Source: a bacterium (GTDB lineage Bacteria; Sumerlaeota; Sumerlaeia; SLMS01; JAHLLQ01). Taken from it: a DNA stretch of 64,000 nucleotides. How positions within the stretch are numbered: position 1 is the first letter of the stretch; every line of letters begins with the position of its first letter. Made by a program: the position numbers and the translations under genes. A model generated the notes under the pieces. The model saw only the letters and a list, made by a program, of their open reading frames with translations, was not told where the DNA came from and searched no databases. Location: positions 76,866 to 140,865 of the forward strand of contig JAHLLQ010000010.1 in assembly GCA_020444065.1 (NCBI GenBank). Reading direction: 5' to 3'. Below are positions 1 through 8,322 of this stretch, one piece after another.

Positions 1-706
1 GCGTTATCAATAGGTTGTCGGACAGTTTCGCATTCCTCACAAACCGTTCAGTTTCATCCTCTCCGCCTAATTGCACATCCGCCTTGAACCTTACCTGGGG
101 TGCAGAGAGCTTGATTAGGAAGTTGAACCGCTGCTGCATCTCAATTGCTCCATAGGGAATTGGCGAGGTGCTTCGCCAAGTTCCATCCTCTGGTTCTCTC
201 TTTACGAAATCTACCCTCCAATCTTCCTCTGATCCGAGAGGGAAATACGACATACCAACAAGAAGCTGTTCTACGTCCCAGATGCCGAATGCTGGGTAGC
301 TAGCGTACCGGCTGAGACGTGAGTCAACAATGACCAGCGGGAAGACAATCCTGCAATGGACTCTTTCTTGAGGTTCGAGCCGCCGTAAGGAATAGGACAG
401 GAAATCCCACGTTCTGTCGCATTCAAAGTCATCGGGGTCAAAAATGTAGGTCATTGCCTCGACTCGCGCATAGTCGACGCAGCGCCAGATAGGATCGATT
501 TCATTAGCCTTGCCGGGAGTGATCAGATAGCCGCCTTCCGGAAGTGAGAGGTCAAATTCGAGAGAGGCTGTTGTGCAATTGTCCTGATGATTGAATTCAA
601 GGCTGGTTATCTCAGGCTCTGCGCCCGCGGGTCCGAGTGATATGAGCAGGGCGGTGAGGATGCCGAGAATCAGAGTGCACTTGCGGGTAGTCGCGGATGC
701 TTTCAT
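1..706 (-). CDS. Hypothetical secreted protein, C-terminally truncated by the window edge. N-terminus: MKASATTRKCTLILGILTALLISLGPAGA.
   Basis: The reverse strand is open from ATG (complement of 704-706) to position 1 with no stop, which is why the ORF track omits it. The N-terminus is signal-peptide-like. GC is about 50%, lower than the window average. Confidence 0.45.
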   Translation of the reverse strand, partial: MKASATTRKCTLILGILTALLISLGPAGAEPEITSLEFNHQDNCTTASLEFDLSLPEGGYLITPGKANEIDPIWRCVDYARVEAMTYIFDPDDFECDRTWDFLSYSLRRLEPQERVHCRIVFPLVIVDSRLSRYASYPAFGIWDVEQLLVGMSYFPLGSEEDWRVDFVKREPEDGTWRSTSPIPYGAIEMQQRFNFLIKLSAPQVRFKADVQLGGEDETERFVRNAKLSDNLLIT

Positions 707-846
707 ATCGAGATTCTCTCCATAGGTCTGCGAGGGGGCCTCGGCGCAAAGCATCGTCCCTGCATTGCAGGAACGAACAGGTTAAGACCGGTACGCTTCT
801 GACAATCAAGGGAGAGGAGATGTTCCGGATGTGAAGAACAGGGCCA

Positions 847-884
847 GGGAGTTGAGTTGGACCACGGATGGCACGGAGTGCACG
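847..884. repeat. 38-bp direct repeat, copy 1 (gggagttgagttggaccacggatggcacggagtg[c/t]acg), flanking tRNA-Leu
   Basis: Identical at 37 of 38 positions to 1212-1249. The two copies bracket the tRNA gene at similar distances. Confidence 0.7.
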
Positions 885-929
885 GATGGTTTAGGGAGAG
901 GGGGATCTTTTCGTTCGGTGAAGAAAGGG

Positions 930-1014
930 TGGTGGTCGAGGGGGGATTTGAACCCCCACACCCGAGGGTACTGGAACCTAAATCCAGCGCGTCTGCCAGT
1001 TCCGCCACTCGACC
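930..1014 (-). tRNA. tRNA-Leu (anticodon UAG), class II with a long variable arm and encoded CCA
   Basis: The reverse complement reads GGTCGAG...CTGGATTTAGGTTCCAG...GGGGGTTCAAATCCCCCCTCGACCACCA. It shows a 7-bp acceptor stem (GGTCGAG/CTCGACC), a T-loop TTCAAAT, an anticodon loop TTTAGGT giving anticodon TAG, and a long variable arm typical of Leu. Confidence 0.85.
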
Positions 1015-1080
1015 ACGCTGGGGGAATGCATTGCGGGTGGGGGGCGGGGGATCAAGGGAAATGCCGGCGGTGGCAGGACG

Positions 1081-1147
1081 TTCTCATTGCACCAGGCTCG
1101 TCGTTGCGCGGCGGTCGGCTGCCTCGGTCACTGACGCAGCGGATCAG
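1081..1147. repeat. Repeat module A (core tcgttgcgcggcggtcgg...ctcggtc.tgacgca.cg.at)
   Basis: About 85% identical to 23048-23112 and shares its core with 38380-38424. Confidence 0.55.
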
Positions 1148-1211
1148 TGGATATGCCAATTGCGATGAATCGTCGATGGGACAAATGGGACGGATGCGAC
1201 GAATAGGACGC

Positions 1212-1249
1212 GGGAGTTGAGTTGGACCACGGATGGCACGGAGTGTACG
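1212..1249. repeat. 38-bp direct repeat, copy 2
   Basis: Matches 847-884. Confidence 0.7.
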
Positions 1250-1258
1250 AATTGCTTG

Positions 1259-1750
1259 TCAGGGTTCGGGGTGTGGGATGTTGGTTTGCATGTCGCTGAG
1301 TTGCCAGCGGTCGTCTTTGTCTTTGCGGAATTCTAGGGTGGCTTCGGTGTAGGGCGGTTTGCGGAGGGTTGTGTCGATGCGGTAGGTTTGCGTTTCGAAT
1401 TTTGCGCCGGCGGTCCATTCGAAGGTGGCGTTCGCGGTGTCGTCGTCGACGGTGATCTGAACGTCGCGCAGGTCGATGTCGGCGGTTTCGTAGCGATTAA
1501 TGGCTCCGCGGAAGGCGTCGACGACGAGGTCGTGGCTGTGGCCCCAGCCGTGGTAGTCTTCGTGGATTCGGCTGGCGAAGAGTTCGGGGTCGCGGGCTTC
1601 GACGGCGCTGACGAGGTCGTCGAGGGCGTAGCCGACTCTGTCTTCTTCGCTGGGGGCGGAGAGGATGAGGAAGATGCCGCCGCCGCCCAGCAGCAGCAGG
1701 ACCACAATGAGGATAGGGACGAGGAGTTTGCGGAATTTCTCGGGGTCCAT
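1259..1750 (-). CDS. Membrane-anchored hypothetical protein with an N-terminal TM helix and a possible NTF2/SnoaL-like fold
   Basis: A 163-aa ORF with the hydrophobic stretch LLVPILIVVLLLLGGGGIFLIL. It has no recognisable catalytic motif. Confidence 0.45.
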   Translation of the reverse strand: MDPEKFRKLLVPILIVVLLLLGGGGIFLILSAPSEEDRVGYALDDLVSAVEARDPELFASRIHEDYHGWGHSHDLVVDAFRGAINRYETADIDLRDVQITVDDDTANATFEWTAGAKFETQTYRIDTTLRKPPYTEATLEFRKDKDDRWQLSDMQTNIPHPEP

Positions 1751-1778
1751 CGGGGTCTCCCTCCCGAGGCGATGGGTC

Positions 1779-2324
1779 TTACTTTCCGAGCAGCTTGAGG
1801 AACTCGCGCATGAAGGCGGGATGGTCGGGCCAGGCGCGCGAGGTGACGAGCTTGCCGTCGACGACGACTTCGCTATCGATGAACGTGCCGCCGGCCATTT
1901 CGACGTCGCGCTTCAGCGCAGGGTAGGCGGTGACAGTGCGTCCGCCCAGCAGGTCCGCCGCAGCGAGGATCAGCGCGGCGTGACAAATGGCCGCGACGGG
2001 CAGGTCGTTGATGAAGAAGTGGCGGACGAGACGGAGGCATTCGGCGTCGTTGCGGATCCATTCGGGAGCGCGTCCGCCGGGGAGGATGAGGCCGGCGAAG
2101 GGCTCGGGGTCGAGATCGGGAAAGGCCGCGGAGGCTTCGACGCGATAGCCGCGCTTTTCGGTGTAGGTATCAAAGCCGGGCTCGAAGTCGTGCACGACAG
2201 TTCCGATGAATTTGCGGGTCGGCGCGGCGACGGTGACAGTGAGGCCGGCTTCCTGGCAGCGCTGGAGGGGGTACATGACTTCGAGGGCTTCGGCTCCGTC
2301 GCCTGTGATCATCAGGATTTCCAT
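1779..2324 (-). CDS. DJ-1/PfpI family protein (class I glutamine amidotransferase-like)
   Basis: 181 aa. The nucleophile-elbow context AAICHAA and the overall DJ-1/PfpI layout are present. Confidence 0.8.
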   Translation of the reverse strand: MEILMITGDGAEALEVMYPLQRCQEAGLTVTVAAPTRKFIGTVVHDFEPGFDTYTEKRGYRVEASAAFPDLDPEPFAGLILPGGRAPEWIRNDAECLRLVRHFFINDLPVAAICHAALILAAADLLGGRTVTAYPALKRDVEMAGGTFIDSEVVVDGKLVTSRAWPDHPAFMREFLKLLGK

Positions 2325-2351
2325 GTCGATCTCCTTTTCGGGAATCTGTCC

Positions 2352-3152
2352 CTAGCGAGTGGCCGGGAAGTGCGTGAAGAGCGGCTGAGTGGTGCCGGTG
2401 CCGCTTTCGACGCGGAAGACGACGAGGGAGTCGTCGTCATCGGTTGTGTCGTTGAGTTTCAGCAGGTCGTTCATGAGCGCCTGGTGGATCTTGCCCTGGT
2501 CGAGGGCGGTTTTGCCATTGGGGCCGGCCTCCCAGAGGGCGAATTCGATCTCGGTCAGCGGTGCATAGAAAAAGCGAATTCTGCGCCCCGTTTCAGAGGG
2601 ATCGCCGCCGAGGTAGTCGGTGCGCGCGAGTTCGTCCATCGAGTCGGGGAGGCGTTCACGATCCATCTCGAAGAGGGCGGCGGCGTTCCCGATGTTCTGG
2701 AGGACGCGGCGGACGTCGGCTTCGCGCGATGCGGAGCCGGATCCCAGGAGGCGGTACGCCCAGAAGGCGCCGGCGATGAGCAGGCAGATAAATGTGATGC
2801 CGAGCAGGGTGCGCTCGCGGCTGCTGATGCGGCGCATCCGGCGGGACAGATTGTCGAAGTCGCCGGCGCCGGGCGGTTCGTCCTTTCGTCCGGAGTAGGC
2901 GCGGCCGATGGGGGGCAGGCTGGAGCCGTCGACGGCCTCGGGAGGCGGCAGGGGCGCCGATTGCGGTCGATCGTCGACTTTCTGGCGGTCGCTGAGGGGG
3001 CGAACTGGCTTTGGGGTGTCTTCGCCGAAGCCCTCGGGCTCAGCGGCGGGTGGGCGCAGCCGTGCCTCGGGCCGGGGTTGGGCGGCGGCCTTGGGCTCCG
3101 GCTTGTGTTTGGACTCTTCGAACTGCTTGCCCAGGTTCCACTTCTTCCCCAT
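2352..3152 (-). CDS. Hypothetical single-pass membrane protein with a Pro-rich N-terminal region
   Basis: The ORF runs to 3590 but overlaps the MTase gene. The first plausible start is MGKKWNL at 3152. A TM segment ITFICLLIAGAFWAY is present. Confidence 0.45.
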   Translation of the reverse strand: MGKKWNLGKQFEESKHKPEPKAAAQPRPEARLRPPAAEPEGFGEDTPKPVRPLSDRQKVDDRPQSAPLPPPEAVDGSSLPPIGRAYSGRKDEPPGAGDFDNLSRRMRRISSRERTLLGITFICLLIAGAFWAYRLLGSGSASREADVRRVLQNIGNAAALFEMDRERLPDSMDELARTDYLGGDPSETGRRIRFFYAPLTEIEFALWEAGPNGKTALDQGKIHQALMNDLLKLNDTTDDDDSLVVFRVESGTGTTQPLFTHFPATR

Positions 3153-3177
3153 CTCGCGGTTCCTTTCGTTCAAGTGC

Positions 3178-4143
3178 TCAGCTTGATGCGCGGGCTCTCT
3201 TGTGAGCACGTTTGGTAGACGTCTTGTAGAGAGAAGGATCTTCCATGAGGGTGAGGGCAACGTCCCTCTTGTCTGCTCGACGGGCGGTGAGAAGCTCCAC
3301 CTTCCTCGGCGAGAAAATATCCTGGGACTCATGCTGAATTCGACGAGCAGCCATCCGGATGTACTTCGGTTCGATCTCGATTCCAATGCTGTTGCGACCC
3401 GTCTGCATGGCTGCAACCAGAGTTGTCCCCGTGCCGGCAAATGGATCCAGCACCGTATCGCCATGGAATGAGAACATTCTGACCAGGCGATAGGCAAGTT
3501 CGACAGGGTATGGAGCGGGGTGCTCTTTGGTGGATGCTCCCGTGATGTTCCAGAACTGCTGGAACCACTTGTTGAAGTCTTCCTTTGCAATGCGGGAGAG
3601 GTCCCTCTGCTCCTGCGTTGGCTTCCTGTATCCGCCGGGCTTGCGCTGCATCAGGATGAACTCGATGTCATTCTTGATGATGGCGTTCGGTTCATACGGC
3701 TTCCCAAGGAACTTCGAGCCATTGCTCACTTCGTAAGACGCATTGGCGATCTTGTGCCAGATAATGGGATTCAGATTGTCGAATCCCAACTGTCGACATT
3801 GGACACAGATGTCGGCGTGTAATGGTACAACGACGTGCCGTCCTGAATTGCGGCGACGGGAGAGGCAGACATCCCCCACGACACACACCATCCGTCCCCC
3901 TGGAACCAGGATCCGATAGACATGTTCCCATACTTTGCGGAGTTCAGTTAGGAACAGTTCGTAGTCCTCCATGTGCCCCATCTGATCGGGATTATCCTCG
4001 TATTTCTTGAGGGACCAGTACGGCGGCGACGTGACTACCAGATGCACCGATTCATCATCGATAAAAGAAAGGTCGCGCGCGTCGCCATGGACTAGTCTGT
4101 GCGTTGTTGGGGGCGAGGTTTCTTCGCCCGATTTCTTCTTCAC
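3178..4143 (-). CDS. DNA methyltransferase, beta-class (motif IV before motif I), SPPY type; probably N4-cytosine or N6-adenine
   Basis: TSPPYW (motif IV) precedes DPFAGTGTT (motif I, FxGxG). A GTG start at 4143 overlaps the TGA stop of the upstream nuclease gene as GTGA. GC is about 55%. Confidence 0.8.
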   Translation of the reverse strand: MKKKSGEETSPPTTHRLVHGDARDLSFIDDESVHLVVTSPPYWSLKKYEDNPDQMGHMEDYELFLTELRKVWEHVYRILVPGGRMVCVVGDVCLSRRRNSGRHVVVPLHADICVQCRQLGFDNLNPIIWHKIANASYEVSNGSKFLGKPYEPNAIIKNDIEFILMQRKPGGYRKPTQEQRDLSRIAKEDFNKWFQQFWNITGASTKEHPAPYPVELAYRLVRMFSFHGDTVLDPFAGTGTTLVAAMQTGRNSIGIEIEPKYIRMAARRIQHESQDIFSPRKVELLTARRADKRDVALTLMEDPSLYKTSTKRAHKRARASS

Positions 4144-4871
4144 TGCATGTTGCCTTTCAAGTGAGCGACGAATGAAGATGCAAAGCGATGAAATGAGAGT
4201 TCGGGACACGGCTCCGAGAACTTGCCAGTAATGCCATCACTCTTCTGGGACATCAGGAAAGCAGAGGCGTCGTATTGGCGCTCGAAGATCAGCCTCTGAC
4301 ACAGGATCTCGTATCGCTTTGCGTAGGAGGCGCCACGGAACTCCTTCATGACTTCGAAGTGCGGTTCCCGGGTTGTTCGCGGCTTTCTTGACTCCGGGCA
4401 ATCTTCGAGGAGGAAGAAGTATCCCAGCCACGGCCTTACTGCTCGTCCGTAGGCTCGATATTTGAAGGCGGTCCAGAGATCGAGTGCGTTGCCTAGCGCC
4501 TCTTCTGCGCGATTATTTACGTTATTCCCAAACGACGGTCCAACCTGAGACTTCGCCTCGAGTGCAGCAAGAAGCACTCCGTCATGAACCACGAGCAAGT
4601 CCCACTGCTTCGTCGGGCGGAAGTACCCTGGCAACTCGAGGAATCGGGACTTCCTGAACACCGACTGTTCAGGAACTCCTGAAAGCGATGCCAGATCGCA
4701 GAAGGCATCGATCACCCCGTCCATCTGAGCGCCGCCTGTGGCTGCGCCACGAGAGCCCTGATCCGATTTCCCAGAGGCCTTCTGCTTCGACGCCTGTTTC
4801 TTGCGGATCGCCCAGAACTGTTTGACGGCCCCTTTCGCCAGGGATATTGTCCGCCTCTTTGTGAGTTCCAT
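4140..4871 (-). CDS. Putative Type II restriction endonuclease of the PD-(D/E)xK superfamily
   Basis: The sequence WDLLVVHDGVLLAALEAKSQ contains a D...E-A-K arrangement. The gene is translationally coupled to the MTase, and the likely start is MELTKRR at 4871. Low GC. The family assignment is not certain. Confidence 0.55.
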   Translation of the reverse strand: MELTKRRTISLAKGAVKQFWAIRKKQASKQKASGKSDQGSRGAATGGAQMDGVIDAFCDLASLSGVPEQSVFRKSRFLELPGYFRPTKQWDLLVVHDGVLLAALEAKSQVGPSFGNNVNNRAEEALGNALDLWTAFKYRAYGRAVRPWLGYFFLLEDCPESRKPRTTREPHFEVMKEFRGASYAKRYEILCQRLIFERQYDASAFLMSQKSDGITGKFSEPCPELSFHRFASSFVAHLKGNMQ

Positions 4872-4937
4872 GCCGCGCTCCAGGTTGCTGGGTAGACAGG
4901 TCCGATTCCTTGGCCAATGATTTGGCTGGCGAGATCC

Positions 4938-4963
4938 TTGCCCTGACAAGCGAGTCAGGGCAA
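4938..4963. promoter_or_regulatory. Perfect 10-bp inverted repeat (ttgccctgac-N6-gtcagggcaa) upstream of the R-M operon
   Basis: Seen directly in the sequence. It lies about 70 bp upstream of the REase start and could be an operator or a structural hairpin. Confidence 0.3.
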
Positions 4964-5144
4964 CGGATTCTACAGTTTTGGGGCGATTGGGGGTTCGTAA
5001 GCAAACATTTATACACTTTTTTGTGCCTATGACCATGCGGTCCGTTGACAGATGGCTCGCTGCGTGCGGACGGTGACGGACGCCGGGGATGACGTGTGTT
5101 TGGAGCGTTCCCGGAGCAGGAAATTCGCCGAGGAAAGACCCATC

Positions 5145-6791
5145 ATGGCCAGGAAGTCCACCGAGTCCGCGAAGTCCAAGGGCGCGCGTCCGCGCACGCC
5201 GACGGCGCGGCTTGATATTATGGATACGACGCTGCGCGACGGAGAGCAGACTCAGGGCGTTTCGATGCCCGCGAATGAGAAACTGCTGATTGCCCAGCGG
5301 CTTCTAGGCCGCGTGCGCGTGGATCGCATCGAGGTGGCTTCCTGTCGCGTGAGTCGCGGAGAGCAGGAGTCGTTGGCGAACATCATGCGGTGGGCTTCGG
5401 CGAAGGGCTGGGATGATCGCATCGAGGTTCTCGGCTTCACGGACCACAAGGCGTCCGTGGACTGGCTGCGTCACGCTGGCTGCCACCGGATGAATCTGCT
5501 GACGAAGGGCAGTCTGAATCACGTGCAGCGTCAGTTGCGCAAAACGCCGCAGGAGCATCGAGACGATATCAAGCAGACGCTCGATTACGCGGTGAAGAAG
5601 GGCGTTTCGGTTTGCGTGTATCTCGAGGACTGGTCGAACGGCATGCTGCATTCGCCGGACTATGTCTGGGAGATGCTGGATCACATCACGACGTGGCCGT
5701 TCGAGCGCATTCTGCTGCCGGACACGTTGGGGATTCTGTCGCCGCACCAGGTGCGCGCGTTCCTCGGCGCGACGCTTGCGCGTTATCCGAAGATCGATTT
5801 CGAATTTCACGGGCACAACGACTACGGCCTGGCGACGGCGAATACACTGGCGGCGGCGGAAATGGGCGTTGCGGGGATTCATTGTACGGTGAACGGGCTT
5901 GGCGAGCGCGCGGGAAATTGTTCGCTCGAGGAAGTCGTCGCGGCGATTCGCGATCACACGAAGCGCAAGGTTCGCGTGCGCGAGGCGGAGTTGAAGGATG
6001 TCAGCGAGCTGGTCGAGGTGTTCTCCGGCAAGCGCGTTGCGGATAACAAGCCGATCGTCGGACGGAATGTGTTTACTCAGACCGCGGGCATTCATGCGGA
6101 CGGCGATCGCAAGGGCGATCTATACGCGAGCGAGTTGAGCCCGGCGCGGTTCGGGCGCGATCGTGTGTATGCGCTCGGGAAGTTGAGCGGGCGCAGCAAT
6201 CTGGATTTCAATCTCGATGCGTTGAATCTGCAACTGACGAAAGAGCAACGCTCGGCGGTGCTGCAGCGCGTGATCGAGCTCGGCGATCGCAAGCACACGG
6301 TGACGGCGGAGGATCTGCCGTTCCTGGTCGCAGACGTGCTGCGCGAACCGACGGGGCACGCGTTTGAAGTCAAGGCGTGCCGCATTACGTCTTCGTTGTC
6401 GCTTTCGCCGACGGCGACGGTGAAACTTGTCTACAAGGGCCGTGAAGTCGAAGCGGTCGGGGCCGGCACTGGCGGGTTCGATGCGTTCATGAATGCGCTG
6501 CGCTCGGTTTCGGACGAACTGGGTCTGCACATCCCGAAGCTGGTGGATTACGAGGTTCACATCCCGCCCGGCGGCAAGACGGACGCATTGGCGGAGACGA
6601 CGATCTCGTGGGATTGCGGCCTGCGGACGCGTGCCGTACACAGCGACCAGGTGATTGCGGCGATCGAAGCGACGGAGCGCATGATTAACCTTGTGAGCCA
6701 GGGACTGGTTCGTCTGCCCGGTGCGACTGGCAACGGAAACGGTAACGGGAAGAAAAAGGCGACGAAGAAGGCCAAGAAGACGAAGAAGTGA
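5145..6791 (+). CDS. 2-isopropylmalate synthase / (R)-citramalate synthase family (HMGL-like domain plus LeuA dimerisation domain)
   Basis: DTTLRDGEQ is near the N-terminus, HxH and GERAGN-type motifs are present, and the C-terminal domain is LeuA-dimer-like. It ends in an unusual tail GNGNGNGKKKATKKAKKTKK. The ORF is open from 5052, and ATG 5145 is the chosen start. Confidence 0.85.
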   Translation: MARKSTESAKSKGARPRTPTARLDIMDTTLRDGEQTQGVSMPANEKLLIAQRLLGRVRVDRIEVASCRVSRGEQESLANIMRWASAKGWDDRIEVLGFTDHKASVDWLRHAGCHRMNLLTKGSLNHVQRQLRKTPQEHRDDIKQTLDYAVKKGVSVCVYLEDWSNGMLHSPDYVWEMLDHITTWPFERILLPDTLGILSPHQVRAFLGATLARYPKIDFEFHGHNDYGLATANTLAAAEMGVAGIHCTVNGLGERAGNCSLEEVVAAIRDHTKRKVRVREAELKDVSELVEVFSGKRVADNKPIVGRNVFTQTAGIHADGDRKGDLYASELSPARFGRDRVYALGKLSGRSNLDFNLDALNLQLTKEQRSAVLQRVIELGDRKHTVTAEDLPFLVADVLREPTGHAFEVKACRITSSLSLSPTATVKLVYKGREVEAVGAGTGGFDAFMNALRSVSDELGLHIPKLVDYEVHIPPGGKTDALAETTISWDCGLRTRAVHSDQVIAAIEATERMINLVSQGLVRLPGATGNGNGNGKKKATKKAKKTKK

Positions 6792-6818
6792 CAGGCTCAG
6801 CAATAGCGCCATTTAACG

Positions 6819-6848
6819 ATCGGCCCCGAGGATGTCCTCGGGGCCGAT
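6819..6848. terminator. Bidirectional hairpin terminator between convergent genes
   Basis: atcggccccgagg-atgt-cctcggggccgat followed by tgttgttt. Confidence 0.6.
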
Positions 6849-6875
6849 TGTTGTTTCTGGTTTGTACAATGCTGG

Positions 6876-8039
6876 CTATTTCGAAGCCTTCTTCTCTTTG
6901 CCCTTGGTTTCATTCTCGATCTGCGACGGCATGCGGCCCTTGTGGCTGTCGGTCAGCGATTCAGTCGGAATGTCTGCGACGGCGTGGCGCGTGTCTTTGT
7001 CGTCCTTCGTTTCGCGGAAGGCTTTGAGTTCGCTGAGGACGCGGTCGAGTAGTTCGACTTTCGGGCGGTGGTGCAGGAAGGAGCTCTTGATGCCGTAGAC
7101 GATGGTGTCTTTCAGCTCGGATAGCGTGAAGCCGAGGGTCGTGTGGGCCTTCCACAGTTCGTCGGTCATTGTGACGCCGGACATCAGGCGGTTATCGGTG
7201 TTGATCGTGACGCGCAGGCCGAAGTCGTAGTACAGGCGGATCGGGTGGAACTTCAGTTCGTCGATGGCGCCGGTCTGGACGTTGGACGTGGGGCAGCACT
7301 CGATGGGGATGCGGTGGTCGCAGCAGTAGTTGAGCAGGTCGCCGTCTTCCTTCAGACGGACGCCGTGGCCGAGTCGGTGCGCGCCGCAGTCGTGGAGGGC
7401 CTGGCTGATGGATTCGGGTCCGAAGGCTTCGCCGGCGTGGATGGTGACGTTGACGTTATTCTGCAGGATGAGCTTGAAGGCCTCCTGGTGGCGAGCGGCG
7501 GGGTTGCCGCCTTCGGCGCCGGCGAGGTCGAAGCCGACGACGCCGCGATGCTTGTAGGCGATGCAGAGCTCGGCCATCTGAAGGGTGTATTTGGGATCGC
7601 TGCTGCGCATGCCGCAGATGATGACGCCCCACTTGACGCCGAAGTCGCGCTCGCCGTCGCGGAGGCCGTGCAGGACGGCTTCGACGATCTCGGTGAGCTT
7701 CATGCCCCGGCGCTGATGAAGGATCGGTGCGTAGCGAACTTCGAGGTAAATGACGTTGTCCTTTGCGCTGTCCTCCATGAGTTCGTAGGCGGCGCGGCGG
7801 AGGGACTCGTAGTCCTGCAGGACGGACAGGGTGACGTCGAATGCTTTGAGGTACTGGACGAGGCTGGCGGCCTCTTCCTGCACGAGGATGTTGTGCAGTT
7901 CCTTGGGATCATGGGATGGGAGGCGGACGTTTTGCTGCTCCGCCAGTTCAATGATCGTTTCCACCCGCATCGATCCGTCCAGGTGGACGTGCAACTCGCA
8001 CTTGGGCATTTTGTGGATGAGTTCTTTTGTCAGCGGCAT
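6876..8039 (-). CDS. add: Adenosine deaminase
   Basis: The N-terminal signature CELHVHLDGS and the conserved metal-binding His/Asp layout are present. It carries a lysine-rich extension of about 50 aa at the C-terminus. Confidence 0.9.
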   Translation of the reverse strand: MPLTKELIHKMPKCELHVHLDGSMRVETIIELAEQQNVRLPSHDPKELHNILVQEEAASLVQYLKAFDVTLSVLQDYESLRRAAYELMEDSAKDNVIYLEVRYAPILHQRRGMKLTEIVEAVLHGLRDGERDFGVKWGVIICGMRSSDPKYTLQMAELCIAYKHRGVVGFDLAGAEGGNPAARHQEAFKLILQNNVNVTIHAGEAFGPESISQALHDCGAHRLGHGVRLKEDGDLLNYCCDHRIPIECCPTSNVQTGAIDELKFHPIRLYYDFGLRVTINTDNRLMSGVTMTDELWKAHTTLGFTLSELKDTIVYGIKSSFLHHRPKVELLDRVLSELKAFRETKDDKDTRHAVADIPTESLTDSHKGRMPSQIENETKGKEKKASK

Positions 8040-8172
8040 CGCGTCTCCGGTCCTTTCTCGTGGCTAATCGGAAACGATCACACGAAAGGGTGCGGGGTAT
8101 CCAGTGTTTTTTTCCTGTGGTGGGGGCGGGGGGGCGGGCGTCCCCGCCGGGGGCTGTAGGTCTGAGGATGGG

Positions 8173-8257
8173 CGTACTCGTACTCAGCGGAGCGGTACTC
8201 GGACTCGTACTCGGTTTCTGGGGGGATCGAGTACGAGTCCGAGTGCGAGTTCGAGGG
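8173..8257. repeat. Repeat module D (cgtactcgtactcagcggagcggtactcg) plus a 17-bp-stem hairpin
   Basis: actcggactcgtactcg at 8198-8214 is the exact reverse complement of cgagtacgagtccgagt at 8229-8245. The GTACTCG-rich module recurs at 14340, 23200 and 58475. Confidence 0.65.
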
Positions 8258-8322
8258 GTGGTGGGGCTGGGGCGTGCGGGGTGGGGTTGCCGGCTGGAAG
8301 CCGGCGGTCCCAGGGGCGTGGG

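Noticed and set aside
831-1220. 129-aa and 103-aa plus-strand ORFs overlapping the tRNA-Leu region
   Set aside because: They span a tRNA gene and repeat modules, and the translation is Arg/Gly-rich junk.
1665-3218. 517-aa plus-strand ORF
   Set aside because: It runs antisense to the PfpI and TM-protein genes. It has Gly/Ala/Arg-rich low-complexity translation typical of spurious ORFs in high-GC DNA, and no recognisable domains.
7143-8159. 338-aa plus-strand ORF
   Set aside because: Antisense to the adenosine deaminase gene, which has unmistakable signatures. A high-GC artefact.
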